From NCBI GenBank assembly GCA_032718475.1, contig JAUCBJ010000001.1, forward strand, positions 62,001 through 126,000: a stretch of DNA of 64,000 nt, read 5' to 3'. This document shows, one piece after another, positions 61,701-64,000 of the stretch. The DNA is from Nemertoderma westbladi. Lineage: Eukaryota; Animalia; Xenacoelomorpha. The notes beneath the pieces were generated by a model that had not been told where the DNA came from, did no database searches, and was given only the letters and a program-made list of their open reading frames with translations. Made by a program: the position numbers and the translations under genes. The number at the start of each line of letters is the position of its first letter. Within the stretch, counting starts at the first letter, position 1.

Positions 61701-61912
61701 AGTGTTTGTGTTGTAACCAGCTAGGTACCTGGAACTTAAGGTGAGTGCTTTTGCTGTAACCAGCTAGGTCGGGAACTTAAGGTGAGTGTTTGTGCTGTAA
61801 CCAGCTAGGTACCAGGAACTTAAGGTGAGTGTTTGTGTTGTAACCAGCTAGGTACCTGGAAGTTAAGGTGAGTGCTTGTGCTGTAACCAAACCAGCTAGG
61901 TACCTGAAAGTT
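52699..61912 (+). repeat. 41-45-bp tandem array (~215 copies, estimated) duplicating the exon 4 end and its 5' splice site
   Basis: Consensus taccaggaacttaag|gtgagtgtttgtgctgtaaccagctagg (43 bp); the first unit overlaps exon 4. Confidence 0.98.
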
Positions 61913-62110
61913 AATAATATAATTATGGAACTTTCCGATTGTCATTTTATAAAGATAAGTATTGCATAAACTAGGAAGATGAACTTGTTAACATCCTATT
62001 TAATATCTGTAATAATACGGTTACATACGTTTTCTTTAGTGTTGCGCACTAGGCTAATTATTTTTATTTGAATGATTTACTGTAATTTGCCCTCGTTTTA
62101 TTTAAATTAG

Positions 62111-62197
62111 GTTTTGGCTGAAGATAAAATAGAACAAGCGAATTTGGAGATGAGTAGACTAAAGTCGAAGTACGAAACGGATATAGCTGGATTACAG
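62111..62197 (+). CDS. TACC: TACC coding exon 5
   Basis: ttag| acceptor; VLAEDKIEQANLEMSRLKSKYETDIAGLQ (cf. AHAEEKL..AN.EI); donor CAG|GTAATG; 87 nt, phase 0-0. Confidence 0.9.
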
Positions 62198-62849
62198 GTA
62201 ATGTATCATATTACATGGGGACCAATAAGGTAGTCATTACTGAATCCATTACATCACCCGTGCCCGTTGCTTCTGATTGTTACTGATGACGGCTCGCCTT
62301 ACATTCTCGCAGACCGAGATATAGGATCTATATGGTGATGTAAATAAACATTGCAAACGAGTCCGTGTTGGGTAGAACGAATGATGAACTGGATTGGATG
62401 GTTGTGGGGGTGTCCCGTCCCGAACCCTGCTGACACAGGCCCTCACGTAATAGAGCAAACCTAATCTATCTTCGCCTGCAGCTGATCAGTCAGAGTACTG
62501 AATTGTACTGAACAGCAGTGCGATAAAGTATCGATAGGCCTACAGCTAGTGATCTACCGCGATCTAAATTTGGTTGGGGCCGGGAAAGATGAGTTTTGGC
62601 AAGGCCGGGATTATAAAATTTTTCCAATTATACCTTCTAACAGTTTGATCACTTTCTGATCTTTTTTTAAGCAGAGAAATCGGTTCATCGTGTTAACTAT
62701 TTTGTTTACTTTTATAATTATTAATTTTAAATTTATTGAATTGCACTAATTGGTAAAAGTTTCTGGCAATTTAAATTGTAAGTACAATTATACACAGCAC
62801 CACAAACCGGATAGAAACAAATCTTCCTCCCCCAACAAAACCATCCCTC

Positions 62850-63355
62850 TCCAACTCCCCTCACTCCATAACTTATCCAATCTCCAACTCCCCTCACTCC
62901 ATAACTTATCCAATCTCCAACTCCCCTCACTCCGTAACTTATCCAATCTCCAACTCCCCTCACTCCATAACTTATCCAATCTCCAACTCCCCTCACTCCG
63001 TAACTTATCCAATCTCCAACTCCCCTCACTCCGTAACTTATCCAATCTCCAACTCCCCTCACTCCGTAACTTATCCAATCTCCAACTCCCCTCACTCCGT
63101 AACTTATCCAATCTCCAAGTCCCCTCACTCCGTAACTTATCCAATCCCCAACTCCCCTCACTCCGTAACTTATCCAATCTCCAACTCCCCTCACTCCGTA
63201 ACTTATCCAATCTCCAACTCCTCTCACTCCGTAACTTATCCAATCTCCAACTCCCCTCACTCCGTAACTTATCCAATCTCCAACTCCCCTCACTCCGTAA
63301 CTTATCCAATCTCCAACTCCCCTCACTCCGTAACTTATCCAATCTCCAACTCAAC
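62850..63355. repeat. 33-bp minisatellite (ctccaactcccctcactccgtaacttatccaat)n in TACC intron 5
   Basis: About 15 near-identical copies. Confidence 0.96.
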
Positions 63356-63815
63356 CTTCTCCACTAAATACTCAAAGCATGGAACCCTTCCAATCAGCCC
63401 TCACCCGAAAATTATTAATCAATTTATCAAATTTAAAACAAAATTAATCAATTAATTCCGAAATAATCAAAAAATTAATTTGAACTCTATCATACAATTA
63501 TTATTTTGCAAATAAACAATTATTATCCCGGCCCTAAATTGATTATTTCAAGGGATAGGGGTGTGTGTGTAGTAACATAATTTTTCCCCCTAAGTATACA
63601 TCCATATTGATCCCTTTAGCACTCGGATCGCATAAAATTTACTCACGACTTGGAGTTACTAATTTACCGGGGCCCTGTTCGATCCCTACTTGTAGCTGTT
63701 CGGTAATTATTGGACCCGAATGTATTAGATCCCAGTACACTCTGGAGAAGCACCTTTACACTCCCCCAGTATTTTTACATTCATCATTATAATTAATAAT
63801 ATCTATGTTTTATAG

Positions 63816-63950
63816 GCGTCTTTGAAGATGGAACAAATGAGATCTACGAGTTTGGAACAATCGTTAGAACAGAAAGTGCGAGACAACTCTGAACTAACTA
63901 GTATCTGTGATGGATTAATAGTTAGAATTAATGCCACAGGTCAAAAATAG
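63816..63950 (+). CDS. TACC: TACC terminal coding exon 6
   Basis: atag| acceptor; ASLKMEQMRSTSLEQSLEQKVRDNSELTSICDGLI (TACC C-terminal ELT.ICD.LI); stop TAG at 63950; joined CDS 2496 nt, 831 aa. Confidence 0.93.
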   Translation, partial: ASLKMEQMRSTSLEQSLEQKVRDNSELTSICDGLIVRINATGQK

Positions 63951-63963
63951 TTTAATTTAATGA

Positions 63964-63969
63964 AATAAA
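63964..63969 (+). terminator. Candidate polyadenylation signal for TACC
   Basis: AATAAA 13 nt after the stop codon. Confidence 0.45.
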
Positions 63970-64000
63970 GCTTAATAATTTATAGAATAGCGCAGTGATA

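Noticed and set aside
52699-61912. CRISPR-like array (constant repeat with a short variable segment)
   Set aside because: The variable part has only about six recurring alleles of 8-12 nt rather than unique spacers; there are no cas genes; the context is a eukaryotic intron.
62733-63367. ~200-aa repetitive ORFs with LRR-like LxxLxxL look
   Set aside because: They are translations of a 33-bp (multiple of 3) intronic minisatellite, open on both strands, with no flanking coding context.

Overview
AT-rich metazoan genomic DNA containing two intact spliced + strand genes. The first is PCIF1/CAPAM (cap m6Am methyltransferase, 2 coding exons, 4955-7776). The second is a TACC-family coiled-coil gene (6 coding exons, 41789-63950). 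Most of the remainder is deeply nested non-autonomous DNA transposons (hAT, MULE, Tc1/mariner-pogo and PIF types, many with readable TIRs and TSDs), LINE/SINE fragments, one young Gypsy (Mag-like) LTR retrotransposon (35386-40214, -) and several tandem arrays. Three signals stand out. (1) A ~9.2 kb array of ~43-bp units in TACC intron 4 repeats the last codons of exon 4 plus its 5' splice site about 215 times. (2) A dispersed bipartite motif (CGTTTATTGTTTTGGTT-N14-CTGTAACCTGCTCCTTT) is shared by unrelated elements and sits just upstream of ORF starts. (3) Recurrent 6-bp GGCCTA/CCGGTA insertions at TA sites look like transposon excision scars and can be demonstrated by comparing paired repeats inside the window. 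All coordinates and copy numbers were read by eye; no searches or alignments were run.
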